Source: Octopus sinensis (lineage: Eukaryota). Taken from it: DNA of 64,000 nt. The stretch spans positions 41,974,001 to 42,038,000 of the forward strand of contig NC_043013.1 in assembly GCF_006345805.1 (NCBI RefSeq). The letters are read 5' to 3'. The position numbers and the translations under genes were made by a program. Position 1 is the stretch's first letter. Every line of letters begins with the position of its first letter. Of the stretch, positions 63,774-64,000 are shown in pieces. Under the pieces are notes generated by a model. The model had not been told where the DNA came from. It did not search any database and worked only from the letters and a program-made list of their open reading frames with translations.

Positions 63774-64000
63774 AGTTGCAATGGCCCAGTGGTTAGGGCA
63801 GTGGACTTGCGGTTGTAGAGTCGCAGTTTCAATCCCCAGACCGGGTGTTATGAGTGTTTATTGAGTGAAAATACCTAAAGTTCCACGAGGCTCTGGCAGG
63901 GGGTGGTGGCGAACCCTGCTGTACTCCTTCACCACATCTTTCTCTCAGTCTTTCTTCCTGTTTCTGTTGTACCTGTATTTCAAAGGGCCAGCCTTGTCAC
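63774..64000 (+). mobile_element. tRNA-headed SINE (family E), runs off the window end
   Basis: TGGCCCAGTGGTTAGGGC A-box and GTTTCAATCCC B-box-like motif. Confidence 0.6.

Overview
AT-rich, repeat-saturated eukaryotic DNA, probably intronic or intergenic. The repeat families resemble those I recall from Octopus (coleoid cephalopod) genomes, but that assignment is recognition, not a database hit. No complete protein-coding gene, rRNA, true tRNA or CRISPR array is supported. Almost all ORFs in the track are translations of microsatellites or SINEs. Recognisable elements: many copies of at least four tRNA-headed SINE families; a 5'-truncated RTE LINE (35051-36453) whose 3' UTR explains a dispersed repeat family; RTE/RTE-X remnants, one with three C2H2 fingers; a Penelope-like element (RT YIDD motif plus GIY-YIG endonuclease, 29163-31175); an internally deleted Tc1 transposon; a non-autonomous Helitron; and piggyBac-like and hAT-like MITEs. 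Most interesting: (1) several minimal type-I hammerhead ribozyme motifs in different retroelement ends, including a tRNA-headed, hammerhead-tailed non-autonomous element with a Penelope-style inverted 5' end and 14-bp TSD (51856-52188); (2) a ~1.9-kb 27-bp minisatellite grown from the RTE 3' UTR motif; (3) a near-perfect 330-bp palindrome with a 1-nt spacer. All folds and alignments were done by eye, and many repeat boundaries are approximate.
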